Shown piece after piece: positions 41,025 through 53,439 of a stretch of 64,000 nucleotides of DNA. Within the stretch, counting starts at the first letter, position 1. Every line of letters starts with the position of its first letter. The DNA is taken from NCBI GenBank assembly GCA_032718475.1, contig JAUCBJ010004452.1, forward strand, positions 1 to 64,000, read 5' to 3'. A model generated the notes under the pieces. That model had not been told where the DNA came from. It did no database searches and was given only the letters and a program-made list of their open reading frames with translations. The position numbers and the translations under genes were made by a program. This DNA is from Nemertoderma westbladi. Taxonomy: Eukaryota; Animalia; Xenacoelomorpha.

Positions 41025-41673
41025 TGTGACGGGATCGTTGAGTTGTCAGTGAGAACCCGACCGGTTAGATTGTATGCGTCACTTTATTGCTGGGCTGCTG
41101 GTATAATATCTTTGGCCGAAGGCCGATGGGAAAACAATGTAGTTTGTTTCTCAGTATTAATAACCTCAGCGATAATAGCACAGTCGGAATAATACAGATA
41201 TTATGAGTTAATCATACAACAGTATAGTAACAGCAAATGATATATAAATGACGGTCAAAAACTATGCCTGTCTGTAACTGTGAGAAAATCAACTGACCGG
41301 TAAATCAGAAATTAGAGTAACTATATAATTGATACATATTGGTTTCAGTCCTATACTACTGTGTGGCCTTTGGTACCCAATGGATGCATTCCTATCCTCC
41401 CAATCCACTTAGTGGCAGCTATTGGCTTAACTATTAATTCTCGCCTCGCCACTCCCTGTTGGTGTTACCCCCTGCTGCTAGCCTCTCTAGCTGGTTTGTC
41501 CCTCTGAGGTGGTTTGACCTCTCACCTCTCTCTGTGGCTTAGGGCATGTATCCCTCCCCCGAGTTGGTTATGAGGTGAGATTATTATTGGTAATCTCACA
41601 TCGCCAACTATATTGGTAAAACGCCACTGGTCCCATTTTGGGTGGGCAATGTAGGGAATTGAATCTGCTTACA
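41025..41673 (-). repeat. 3' LTR of element A
   Basis: Direct repeat of 58375-59032 (roughly 5% divergent), adjacent to the PPT. Confidence 0.95.
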
Positions 41674-42384
41674 CTCCCCCCATGCTATCTTCCCGGTGAG
41701 AAGATAGCATCAACCTTAAGTGCACTTCAATTCCGCTAGAATCCAATCTATCATTGGATGTGGGGTGGAGTTTTCTTATCGGGGTCGGCTCTCCAGACCG
41801 GCCCCCATGGGTCTGTTATTACTACCCATCCTTGGTGCAATCGCGAGCTATGTTGCACCAAGGTATCTGGTGTCTCTGTTTGAGGTCATTGTCCTCACTC
41901 TCCACACAATTTTTCTCAAATTTTCCTCATGGACCTTTGTCCCTTCCTCTCTCACCAGTCCCTTTGGGACTCATCCTCCTTCAATGCTCGCTCCCCACGC
42001 TTGAATTGCACTCCGTTCACTTCTTCACACCCCTACGCATCCTCCCCATTCTTCCCCCAATCCCCTATACTCAACCGATATTTTATTCCCATTCTTCGTG
42101 CCCACCTGTCAGGCTTCCACATTCTCATTAGTGTGGCCACACTTGAGAAATGGGATCCATCTAATGTCTCATCCTCCTGTCGTAGTCAATTGGTCCCCAA
42201 TCCCAGTAGCTAGTTGGAAAAGGTTGTATATGACTATAGTACTTACATTGATTATATATTCGCTTATTAATTAATTATCTACATACGTACATACTAATTG
42301 CACTTGACTATTTGCACTTAGGAGTTTGTACTCTTTCCTACATGTGGTGCCTTCCAGGCACACCCACACCCCTGTTCCTGAGTT

Positions 42385-43954
42385 CTAGTTCGCTCCTCCC
42401 ATCTTCGGAAACCATCTGAGTTCTTTGCTCCTATCGTCATCTTGTCTGAGCCGTTTCCTTCCCTCCAGCTTATCCTCCTTGAGACTCCTCATCCTTGCCG
42501 ATACCGTCTTACTAAGCCCCGTCGTTGGATCTTTAGGAGCAGGTGTTATCAACTCCCGGTATCGCTTCGCAGTTGGTCCCTCTGAGTATCCCTCCTGTTT
42601 CCCTCTGGTAGCATCCCACAGGATCATTTTCATCGCCCGCGGCACGTGCTCCGCCTGAAAGTCCCTGAACTCGATTATATTTTCTGGCGACCATCTGTCT
42701 AGGTATCTCTGAGTGTTAATGACTCCTCCATACGATGCCGCTGTTGCTACCTCCTGATATGTGAATGGTAGTCTCCTCTTGGTAATCTCCTGGTGGGCTC
42801 CCGCGTTGATATTAAAGAAGCCCCACTGGAACTCCTGGGCCTTCATCCTTTGTCGTGTCATGACTCCGACGTTGGCCCACTCCTCGAAGATCCAGAACTT
42901 CTCCTCGTCGTCCATCCAATCGCACTGATACCCAAAGTGCCCTCGGAAGTTGCACTTTGAGCATCGGTTGTGCAGCCTCGGACACGCACCCATCCTATGG
43001 GTCGACTCGCGGCAGTAGAGACAGGACGTCCCCTTCTGGAAACAATACAGGCTGCTCTTTTCCTGGTGGGTTAGTCTCCCACAGTGCCCCGCCCCAAGTC
43101 GTCCTTGGCTCCGTGTGGCCTCCTGGGTCTATGGAGCCGTTGGTAGGCAAACATCTGGACGCTATGTTCCCTACCCATGTCGATGTCCTCCTCCACCCTT
43201 GGCATCGTTTTCCCAAACACTACCCATGGTGCCGTTCCCGGTTGCTCGCCCAACCTGATCATACTCGCCGCGAAAACCATCGCCAGCTCCCATGCTCCCA
43301 GGCCCGCTTACTGGGTTTGTCCCAGAAGGCTCTCGTCCCGCTGGCCGTCACCACCCTCCCGCCTACCCAGTCCGTATCCGAGTGGCCGATCCTCTCTATC
43401 AGCGGCATCGCCCCGAACATGTCCTCTTCTTCCTCTCTCACCGGGAGTGGACCCGAACCCAGTAGCCCAGTAGATCCACTATGTCCCTTTCCACCTTGGT
43501 TTCCGCCCATGACTTTCCACCCCTCCAGCTTCTTCCGTCTCTTCCTTCCAAAATCGCCCTCTGAGCCCCCTGGCATGGGCATTGCTTGCAATCCCGATGT
43601 CGACTGTTTCGGTGATTCTTCCATCCATCCCAGTTTGTCCACCAGAAACTCACCTGAGGTCTCCAATCCCCACCTCAGTTCGTCCAGGTTCTGGGCTTCG
43701 AACTCGTATTCCTCTCCCCTTATGTCCGCTTCTCTCTCTGCTGCCTCCCTCCTTTCTCTCCTCGCTACCTCCTCCAGTCTCCTCTCCTCTCCTCGACTCT
43801 ATCCGCTTCCAACTTCTTCCACCTCTTGTACGGTGTGTTCACCTCCCTGTCCACTAGGTGTCGGCTATCGTAGTATACCGATTCGCCCTTCAGCCCCGGG
43901 TGGTCTACAAGACCTTCAAAGGCCACCTTAAGGGCTCTCCTGTGATTCAGAGGT
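42385..43954 (-). pseudogene. Element A extra ORF2, C-terminal part: charged coiled-coil-like region and CCHC zinc knuckles (frameshifted)
   Basis: Continues 53075-52665 across the element B insertion (AFLLSEA|PLNHRRALKV, matching element C); CLYCRESTHRMGAC and CSKCNFRGHFGYQC are CX2CX4HX4C, with a probable third degenerate knuckle upstream. Confidence 0.75.
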
Positions 43955-43959
43955 GCTTC

Positions 43960-44536
43960 TGTGACGGGATCAGAGGATCCCGACCGGTTAATTTATGTTA
44001 CACGTGACCGCACGATCGCGAAAAGAGTTTGTTGTTGTTATTCTGATCTTGATATAAACTGATGATAATATAATATATGTAATAGCACAGTTGAAATAAT
44101 GCAGTAAAGAATGATGTACCGGTAGTGATTGATAATATAGGTGACGGACAGTGACGGTACTAAAGTGTCACCGATCTGCTCTAAGTGACTGAGATAACTG
44201 AATGGTAATGCAAGTTGATTGATAATATATATTCACTCTTACACTACTGTGGCCTTAGTACCTAGCGGATGCTCTCTTCCCTGTCCCTGATTGGCTAGTG
44301 CGCTAATTCTCGGCTCCCACCTCTGTGGGAGTGCTTCCCCCCCACTGCTGTTACTTTCCCTCACCAGGAGGTTTAACCTCTGACCTCCCTTTGTGTGGCT
44401 CTTTGGGGTTTGTTGTCCCCGTTATTGGTTGTGTGATACGAGGTTAATTGGGATTAATCTCGTATCCCCAATATTGCTAAAAGGTGCCACTGCTCTAACT
44501 CTATGGGGGTAATGAGCGAAATTGAATCCGCTCACA
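43960..44536 (-). repeat. 3' LTR of element B
   Basis: Direct repeat of 52081-52659 (roughly 3% divergent). Confidence 0.95.
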
Positions 44537-47158
44537 CTCCCCCCCATGCTATCTTTCCGGTGAGAAGATAGCATCAACCACTGAGTGCACTTCAATTCCG
44601 CTGGAACCCGATCTACTATCGGGTGTGGGGTGGAGTTCTCTTACTTGGAGTCGGCTTTCCAGGCTGCTCCCTCTGGGTATGATGTCACTACCCTCTCTTG
44701 GTGCAACCGCAACCTATGTTACACCAAGACATCTGGCATCTCGGTTTGAGACAATTGTGGATTTCTCTCACACAATTTTAAAAGCTCTCTCACTCAAACT
44801 CTAACTTCTCACTCTACTCTACTTTGGCTCCACTCTAACTCCTCTCTACTCTCTCTTACTCTCTCCCCACACCTGAATCGCACTCGTCTGCACTCTCTCT
44901 CGCCAACAGCTCCTCTCCATACTCCTCTCATACTGCCCTCAAAGGCGCTAAGTCTCTTATGTTACCCCTGTGCTATCATTCTATCTACTTACTACTTACT
45001 TGCTACTTCACTCTACTAACTCTGCTAACTTTACTAACTATACCAACTATACTAACTATACTAGCCTTCTTACTTTCTACTAACTCTCTACTAACTCTTC
45101 TAAGTCTACTAGCTCTCTACCTCTACTAACTCTCTACCTCTACTAACTCTACTGACTACGTGGCGCTTTCGGTGCCCACAACCACTCTGCTACTACCTCT
45201 ATCTACGTGGCGCTTCCGGTGCCCACAACCCCTCTATTCTCTTTCTACGTGGCGCTTCCGGTGCCCACAACCCCTCTGCTACTACTCGTGGCATGTCAAT
45301 ATACCACACTCCCTATACCCGCCGACTTCTAACCCTCCCGGTACTACGTACCCTCCTACTCCCGTGGTATGTCTATATACCACACTCCCTATACCCGCCG
45401 ACTTCTAACTTAATGGTACTACGTACCCTCCTACTCCCATGGTATGTTAATACCACACTCCCTATACCCGCCGACTTCTAACTTCTTACTAACTTTCTTA
45501 CTAACTCCTACTTACTTACTATCTTCTAACTACTACTTACTATCTAACTTCTAACCTTCTAACTTTCTTATTTAATTATTTTTATATTTTTACTTATTTT
45601 TAATTATTTATGTGTGGGAAGGCCGTCTCGCCCTCATTCCCACCCCCCCAGTCCAAAATATTGGACGACTAAACTTCAACTAACTTCATCTAAACTTTGA
45701 GGGCGATTCTTCCAACAGGCACTCTACCACTGCTCCCCTTGTAGGTCCTGTAGGATTCGCCACACTCTCCTCACCAATTCCAACTCACCAGGAATTGGTT
45801 CTCCCTCTTCTACCACCCTAAAATCGGGTCACTCCGCCGCCTTGTCAATACCCTGATCTCCTGGCAGCAAAATGCCACCCTTCATCTGGTCGCCTCCCGG
45901 CAGCAGAATGGAAAGAAACTGAAAGAACAGACAAAACAGAACGAACAATAGTAATCCTATCCCTTTCCATCTTGTCTTCTTACTCGACCTCCCCCTTGTT
46001 GGTATGCCTCTCAACCGGACCGGCGTCTCTTCCGGACACTCCTCTGGACACTCCTCCGGACACTCCTTCCGACACTCCTCCGGACTGTTGTCCTCCGGAC
46101 ATCTCGCCGTCCGCTCCTCCGGGTTGTCCTCCGGACATCTCGCTGTCCGCTCCTCTCCATCCCCATACCGATACTTGCTGGGACCCTTGTTCCATCCCAT
46201 TGCCTCTAAGTCTTCCGCATCAAATCCATTCTCCTCCGCCCACTCCCCTACTGTTACTTCCCCATCTGGCTCATCTACCATCTCCGGTTTCTTCTCTTCG
46301 TCCTCTGCGTCTACGGTGCCTGGTAACATGCACCCTGATGTCTCCGTAACCCTGGATGGAATCTTGGTTTTAACTGGGCCACTAAGCGTCCATCCGAACA
46401 GCGTGAGGATCGCCGTCGGATCCCGCTGTCTGTCTTCGCTGAAGACCGTCTGCATTCTCTCGTGGGCCGTCGGGCAGTCCATTCCTACTATAATGGATAC
46501 CTTCCTAACGTCCACCTCTGGTATTGATAAATCGATACTGTCCAGGAATCTATATTGTTCGACTTCAATGTTGGTTGGTCGCCTGGCATTGATATTTATC
46601 GATTCACCTGGATGGGGTCGATCATCGCCCCATAATCGCATCCCGGTGCTATTGCTGCTATCTTGCACCGCTCCGTCCTCATCTCCAGGACCTCATCCGT
46701 ACTTGAGACGGTAGTTACCGCCATCCTATTCAGCCTCGTCTTTAGCCCTATCTCTTCTGCCACCCAATTCTCCACCAGCGTGAAGGCTGCTCCGCTGTCG
46801 ACCAGCATTAATGTTGTGACTGATCGGCCACCTCGTCCTGTTATCTCACTGGTACTACCCCGAGTAGTACTTTCCTCTTTCTCCTTACTCCTGTCGTGCT
46901 CGTAGCCATGGTTTGGCCTCCAGTCTCATCCTCTCCTATTGCTGTTTATCTACACTCTCCGGATCTGTGTCCTTCTACCACACAATGATGACATAGTCTG
47001 TTTGCGTCTGTGTAGGCTACACGATCTTGTTTGGGCAACGCTTGCCAGTGCTTACAACTCATGGTCTTATGGGTTCCATCCCTATGCAGTTGACATTCGA
47101 ATCCTGGATTGTAGCGTTCCCTGTATAGTCCCTCACGTATCGCGCGTAGGTTTATATC

Positions 47159-47707
47159 TGTTTCGCTCATGAGCGAAAGTTACTACTGTACTTAAAAAAG
47201 TATAATCCCGTTTAAGTTATTTTGAGAGACAGATATACTGGTTACCGCAGTACCGGTACGAGAATTTATTATTGTATTATTGTATTATTTTTGTTGCATT
47301 GAATGTAGGCCTACCTTTTCAGTGTATAGCTGTATTGCGTTTGGAGGTGGACAGATGGGCCTACCGCTGTACGGCAGTAAGGCTTCTACCGGCTGTGTGG
47401 TGAATATTGTTTATACTTATGTCTTTGAGGAGTGGAGACAGAACTGGTTCGAATCTATCTACTGTCAGACTGTTGCTGCATGTATTCGAATTCAACCAAC
47501 CGTATAGTTTTTGAACCAACCCTGTATTTGGTATTGATTGAAGCTTACTATTTACTGATTTATATATATGTATGTACGTGTTTCGATGGACCCCGTATGC
47601 CGTATTTATTATTAATATAAAAGCAACTAAGCTTTTACTGCAATGGCAGTTCTGGGTGTAGATCTTTTTTCATTATATTATTTCATCGATGGTGGCACGG
47701 TGAAACA
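47159..47707. mobile_element. Solo LTR of an unrelated family inserted in element B gag
   Basis: Termini TGTTTCGC...GTGAAACA, TSD ATATC at 47154-47158 and 47708-47712; absent from the homologous site in element A (~56183). Confidence 0.85.
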
Positions 47708-50277
47708 ATATCTACCTGTTTACTGTTTTGGTTATCTGGACTCGGCCTACTGGGTGTGCTGGGATCTTGTTTATTTGTGTTGTTATTTTCTTTCTGTCCC
47801 TGCCACGGTGTGGCCTTACTCCCAGCTAACTGTGGACTAGCAGTCCCCTGTGTGGCCGCGTGTGGTAGCGATTGTCTTACTCTCGGGAATGGATCTGCAG
47901 GATTGTGTTCGGGTTTAGGCCTGTTGTATTCGGTCTTCGGTGCCTTCCCCAAACTATCCTCACTATAGACTGGGTCTGTAATCAACTCGGCTTCGTAGTT
48001 GAAGAAGTTTGACATTTCCTCTAGCCCTGGCTCCGCACCTTTCTTCTCCCGAGTGGAGAAGGCGATCTTCCTCCACTTGCTCCATAACCAGATCGGCAGT
48101 GCCTGCGCTATCGTGGTGATGTTATTAGATGCGTTGAGTTCGTATGGCGCGTCTAGCATCTTCAACACGATTAGCGCCTTCTCAACTTTGTTCGCAAACG
48201 TCTTTATACTAACGGGGTTATCCTGTAGGCCACCCAATCTTGGCCGGGTGCCCGTACTCCCTGTCTAGCGCCCGCCATGCTGTCGTGAAGCCTCCCTCGA
48301 TGCCCTGGTACTGCCTCACGATGTCGTATGCTGGGCCTCCTGTATACACCTGTAGATATTTTAGGCACTCTGCCTGTGTCAGGTTCTTTGTCAATATTTC
48401 ATTGCTGTACATGCGCCGAAATTGCAGGTATTCTTCCGGCCTACTTCCATCGAATTTAAATGGTTCTACAGGTGGTAACTCGATTCTGGTCTTCAATGCA
48501 TCGATTAATGTAGCCATTCCCATCGCCTGTGCTTCCAATGGGTTCGATGGATGCTGTACAGATTCTCCCGTTGGGTGCGGTCCGCCTGTCCTGTCTGTTG
48601 CCCTCCTTTGCGTCGGATATATCATTGGGGGTAACGGCTCCCTCCATATTTCCGTGTCACAAGATTTGTTCTTGTCCAGGGGATTCGATGTTCTTATTCC
48701 TGTTTGAGTATATTGTTGATATTGTGATGGGGGAATGTCACCCTGCCCCCCCCCCCCTCCCCACCAGTATGTTTGGTACTGGGGTTGATGTTAATATATT
48801 GGGGCCCATACACCTATCCGCAATAACTCTCCCCTCCCCTGGATATATGTTATGTCCCTGCATATTATAGTCATGCTGCTGTGCTGGTACCGATATAGGC
48901 CTATCCACTTCTTGCCTACCTACTGGCATGTACTCCGCGACTTCCGGATCTAATCCCGTCGTTCGCGCTACCCTATCGCCTACACTATCTCTCCCAGCAT
49001 GGCCTATAGTATGTGCAGTAAGGCCTACAGTATGTTCTGCAGTCTGCATGTGCCCTTCCGAACCGAGGTTTAATCTTCTCGAATCTCGAACCTCCCCGCG
49101 ACTACCATACTCTCGATCGGCAGCTATATCCCATCGGGAAGTTTCTCTTCGATCCCCTCTCCTGTTCTCGTCTTCGTATCGGTACGTCCTGTACCCCTCT
49201 CCTGGCGTGTGGTGCGTCTCTCCAGGGCGACGGCAATCTCCCGGAGTTCGACCCCACTGACTCCCTAACTCCATCTCTACTACCGACAGTTCGCTATCTG
49301 TCCTTACTCTTCGGTTGCTCGTAGCAACGATTCTTCTATTCTCTTCACTTCTTCTCTCTTCGACCTCCCGGTTACACTCTACTATTCTTCTTCTCTCTTC
49401 CGACTGACGTCTTCTCGCTCGCCCACTCTCGGCGCTAACATCTGACTCTACTCTGTCCGGCTGGACCCTCCTGGGGATACTCGCCATCCCCCTACTATTC
49501 TCCGTCGTCGGGTGCTGCGGTTCACCTATCTCGCCGACGCCTGTGGGACATTCTCTGCCCCCCCCCCCCTCTCGCTACTAATCTCTCGTGGTGGGGCGCC
49601 TGTAGCCCCCCCCCCCCCCCCCCACCTGCTGCTTCTTACTTCACTACCTCTTACTTCACTTCTACGTCCTTCTTGTGGGGCACTCTCTGCCCCCCCCTCT
49701 CTCGCCACTAATCTTCCGTGGTGGGGTGCCCGTAGCCCCCCCCCCCCCCCCCCCCACTCGCCACTTCTTACTCCACTACCTCTTACTTCGCTTCTAAGCC
49801 CCTCTTGTGGGACATTCTCTGCCCCCCCTCTCTCGCCACTAATCTTCCGTGGTGGGGCGCCCGTAGCCTCCCTCCCCCCACTCGCCACTTCTTACTTCGC
49901 TACCTCTTACTTCGCTTCTACACCCCTCTCTAGTCGACGCACTGTCTCTACTGCAGCTGGGTCTACTCACCCCCGCCTCTCCCTGTGCAACTGCGTGGCC
50001 TGGCAGGCTCCCGTTGGGTTGACTCACCCCCGTTACTCCCTGCCTAACATACGTGGCCTTGCAAGCTCCCGTCGGGGTCACTCACCCCCGCTACTCCCTG
50101 CGTACTAACTACGTTGCCTTGCAGGCTTCGGTTGGCCGGACCACCTGTGTCTTCTATATTAGTATTAATAGCCCCGTTATCAATATTATTATTTTCTAAA
50201 TTATTCAAATTATTTGAATTATTCTGTATATTTAAATTTAAATTATTATTATTTTGTGTATTTGAATTAGAATTATT

Positions 50278-50506
50278 TTTTTTTAATTATAATAATTATT
50301 TATTTTATTAATAATATCCAAATCCATTAAACCAAAATTAAATATAAAACTGCACCAGCATCCCACCACCAATCAGAACAAAACAATTAAGACAATAAGA
50401 TTTAACATACAATTAAAAATGGTGCACCGTGAGTTAATAATGGTCTGCGAGGTCATTCCCCCGCAGACCCGCACCATCCCCAAAGCCCAGCGCCCTCCAG
50501 GGACGC
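50278..50506 (-). mobile_element. Short polyadenylated retroposed insertion (3' end of a LINE or a SINE)
   Basis: On the minus strand it ends with AATAAA and an A-rich tail; flanked by ATTAGAATTATT at 50266-50277 and 50507-50518; interrupts an Asn-rich gag tract. Confidence 0.55.
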
Positions 50507-52080
50507 ATTAGAATTATTCAGATTATTTTGAATATTTGAATTAGAATTATTATTTTCTGTATTTAAATTAAAATTATTATTTTCTGTATTTAAATTAAAA
50601 TTATTATTTTCTGTATTTAAATTAAAATTATTATTTGGATTATTTGTATTTAAATTAGAATTACCGGATAAAACATTACTTCCTGCAATGAAAGTTTGGT
50701 TAGGGTTGTCTAATACGGTACTATTAATATTAATTTCTTCTAATGTATTTTTATTACCCCCCCCCCCCCCCCGCCCGTACGGTTACACCAGTTCTGGTTC
50801 TGTCGTCCGGTGCCTGTAAGTGGGATATTAACAAACGTTTCCACTACTTCTGGCTCCTCGTAAATACTACCCGAGCCAGCCTCACTCTCCGATAGTCCCA
50901 ACTGCGCCAGTTCTAGTCGGCGCTTCTGCTTGGCCTGATACTGCATAAGCCCCCTTAGCCGGGCATGCATATCATCCCGCATACACTTTCCCGCTCTCTC
51001 TCTCTCTCTATCCTCCCGTAAACTCTGCTCGGCCAACTCTGCCTCTCTCGCCTCCCGCTCTCTACAGTTTCTCGCCACCCTCTCAGCCCTCTCTTTATTC
51101 TCTCTCACTAACTCTCTCTCTTTCTCTAATAACGCAGTTCCCTCATCCAACTGCCTCTCTAATTCTTTCTGGTCTAGCGCCGCAATGTCTAGTTGACACG
51201 CCAGATCTATCTCTAACACCCTTCTTGCTTTGGCGGAGGATGTAGCGGACTTATCGGTCACGACGGACTCCCGTCGCCTCTCTGTCCTACTAACTTTCCC
51301 CCACTTTCCAGGGTTCTCGCTAACCGACGAGACCGAATCCTCGGAGTTAACCTCGGGTTCGCCCTCGTGCGGGTCTGCCCAACCCACTAACTTAATCCCC
51401 CTAGCATCCACTAAATACGGCCCTATGTACACTACTTGGGGCTCCATTATCCCGGATCGCCACAGTTCAAATAGTTCAGTGGCGACCCCCCTCGCTCTCT
51501 CACTGGCTAGTTCTCCCTGTCCGAAGCGAACTAGGTATCTAAAATGTTTATTCGACTCACCTAGTCGCTGGCTCAACTTCCCTTGGTCTATCTTTACTCC
51601 TTCTCTGGCTCTGGCCTCCTTGAGCTGTTTCTTTGTTGCGTTGTAGGCTCGTCGGAGCCAGTCACTGGTTCCGACGTCCTCGTCGCCGACCTCTCCTCCT
51701 CCCCTCCTGGTACGGCGTCGTACCGGCGGCCCCACCGTCGCCGTTCCGGTGGGCCATCCGTCGCCCTCAGCCTGTAGCTGGCCGGCGACATCGGTACTTC
51801 GACCGCCATCGTGCGTTGACTCGTCCTCTCGTCCTGGTAGATGGCCGCCCTCCGCTTGGGCTGCCGGATCGTCTCTCTCCGGCGAGTCCGGCATTGCGGG
51901 TCGATACTGTCGCGTCGCGGCCTCACGGATCGTTTCGTTGGTATCATCCAGGGTCCGCGGCGGTGTCGTCTCTCCCTCTAGATTTCAGGGTTCTCCGCTC
52001 ATCTTTTAGCATCCTCCCTGGTGGCTGGCAGTCACAGTTCTAGCAGTACCTTAGACTTTAGTACTAGGTGACTTTAGTAC

Positions 52081-52659
52081 TGTGACGAGATCAGAGGATC
52101 CCGACCGGTCAATTTATGTTACGCGTCACTGCACGATCGAGAAAAGAGTTTGTTGTTGTTATTCTGATCTTGATATAAACTGATGATAATATAATATATG
52201 TAATAGCGCAGTTGAAATAATGCAGTAAAGAATGATGTACCGGTAGTGATTGATAATATAGGTGACGGACGGTGACAGTACTAAAGTGTCACCGATCTGC
52301 TCTACGTGACTGAGATAACTGAATGGTAATGCAAGTTGATTGATAATATATATTCACTCTTACACTACTGCGGCCTTAGTACCTAGTGGATGCTCTCTTC
52401 CCTGTCCCTGATTGGCTAGTGCGCTAATTCTCGGCTCCCACCTCTGTGGGAGTGCTTCCCCCCCCCGCTGCTGTTACTTTCCCTCTCCAGGAGGTTTAAC
52501 CTCTGACCTCCCTTTGTGTGGCTCTTTGGGGTTTGTTGTCCCCGTTATTGGTTGTGTGATACGAGGTTAATTGGGATTAATCTCGTATCCCCAATATTGC
52601 TAAAAGGCGCCACTGCTCTAACTCTATGGGGGTAATGAGTGGAATTGAATCCGCTCACA
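52081..52659 (-). repeat. 5' LTR of element B
   Basis: TGTGAC...CTCACA; followed on the minus strand by GTACTAAAGT rather than a TGG-type PBS. Confidence 0.95.
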
Positions 52660-52664
52660 GCTTC

Positions 52665-53075
52665 TGATAGTAGAAACGCCATCGGCTCTCTTCCGATAAT
52701 CACGGTAATGAATAGGTTTAATAAACCTATCATTATCCAGTCCTCCTGTAAGATATATCTCTTCTGATATATCTTTATCGCTCGCCTTCGGAACTGATAT
52801 ACCTCCTGCTTTCCTGGTCTCGCTCCCCATTTCAGCGAGTTCGCAAGTTCTGTTTGTTTTGGCAAGTTCCTGGAAGAATACGGAGCGGAACTTGCTCCAG
52901 TCCATCGGCTTGTGGCAGACGAGCCCCATTAGTTGGCCCATCGCCATGGCTCCGCAATGTCCCGTGTTCTCCACCAATCCCAACCCCTCTGGTCTCATCA
53001 TAGCCATATAGACTACTTGCATGTCCAGGAGATAGTCTTCTCCGACTTTCTCCTCTTTACTAACTTCTCTGCCAT
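52665..53075 (-). pseudogene. Element A extra ORF2, N-terminal part with internal deletion (second half of exonuclease-like domain)
   Basis: MAEKLVKRRKSEK, then LLDMQVVYMAM...IKIYQKRYILQEDW; homologous to 62950-63910 but lacking ~570 bp. Confidence 0.75.
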
Positions 53076-53439
53076 CACAAACTTTCCCGCTCTCACCTAA
53101 CTGGTGGGGCCTTACAAAGGCTCAGTTTAAGTGAGGGTGGTTAAACAGGATGTTAAAAGTTTCATTCAGTGATAGCCTATGTCCTACGTTATGCTTTTCT
53201 TGGTTTTGCTATTATTTATATTCCCCCTTCCTGTGATATTAATAACTGTCACCGGATTAGTTACTTAAGTAACCCCTCTACTTGTATACAGAGAAGACTA
53301 GCTATAATTTTTTATTACTGCGCTAGCTTCCTACCAGACAGCTTTCTGGCTCTGTAACAATTGCCTATACTTACACTACGGGCTGTGCGGTACAGTAGTC
53401 TATTTCGTGAGGCCTACACAGTCTATCCTGCTGTACCCA

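Larger units (their letters stand above)
45829..51894 (-). pseudogene. Element B Gag-protease polyprotein, disrupted
   Basis: Long low-complexity N-terminus; DUF1759-like LPPVEPFKFDGSRPEEYLQF (48218-48625); Pao Cys/His motifs CQLH...H...C and CHHC...GH...C (46946-47158); protease LVDSGA (~46800); AILTLFGWTLSGP. Broken by frameshifts and two insertions. Confidence 0.85.
43960..52659 (-). mobile_element. BEL/Pao-type LTR retrotransposon B (non-autonomous), nested in element A ORF2
   Basis: LTRs 43960-44536 and 52081-52659; TSD GCTTC at 43955-43959 and 52660-52664; PPT at 44537-44545; gag-protease present, RT/RNase H/integrase core absent. Confidence 0.95.

Noticed and set aside
42957-43931. 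324-aa plus-strand ORF and other Ser/Pro-rich plus-strand ORFs in 46-58 kb
   Set aside because: Antisense shadows of purine-rich minus-strand coding sequence; no motifs.
42385-43954. env gene in the post-pol position
   Set aside because: No signal peptide, C-terminal TM anchor or fusion-protein cysteine pattern; the motifs are nuclease-like and CCHC.
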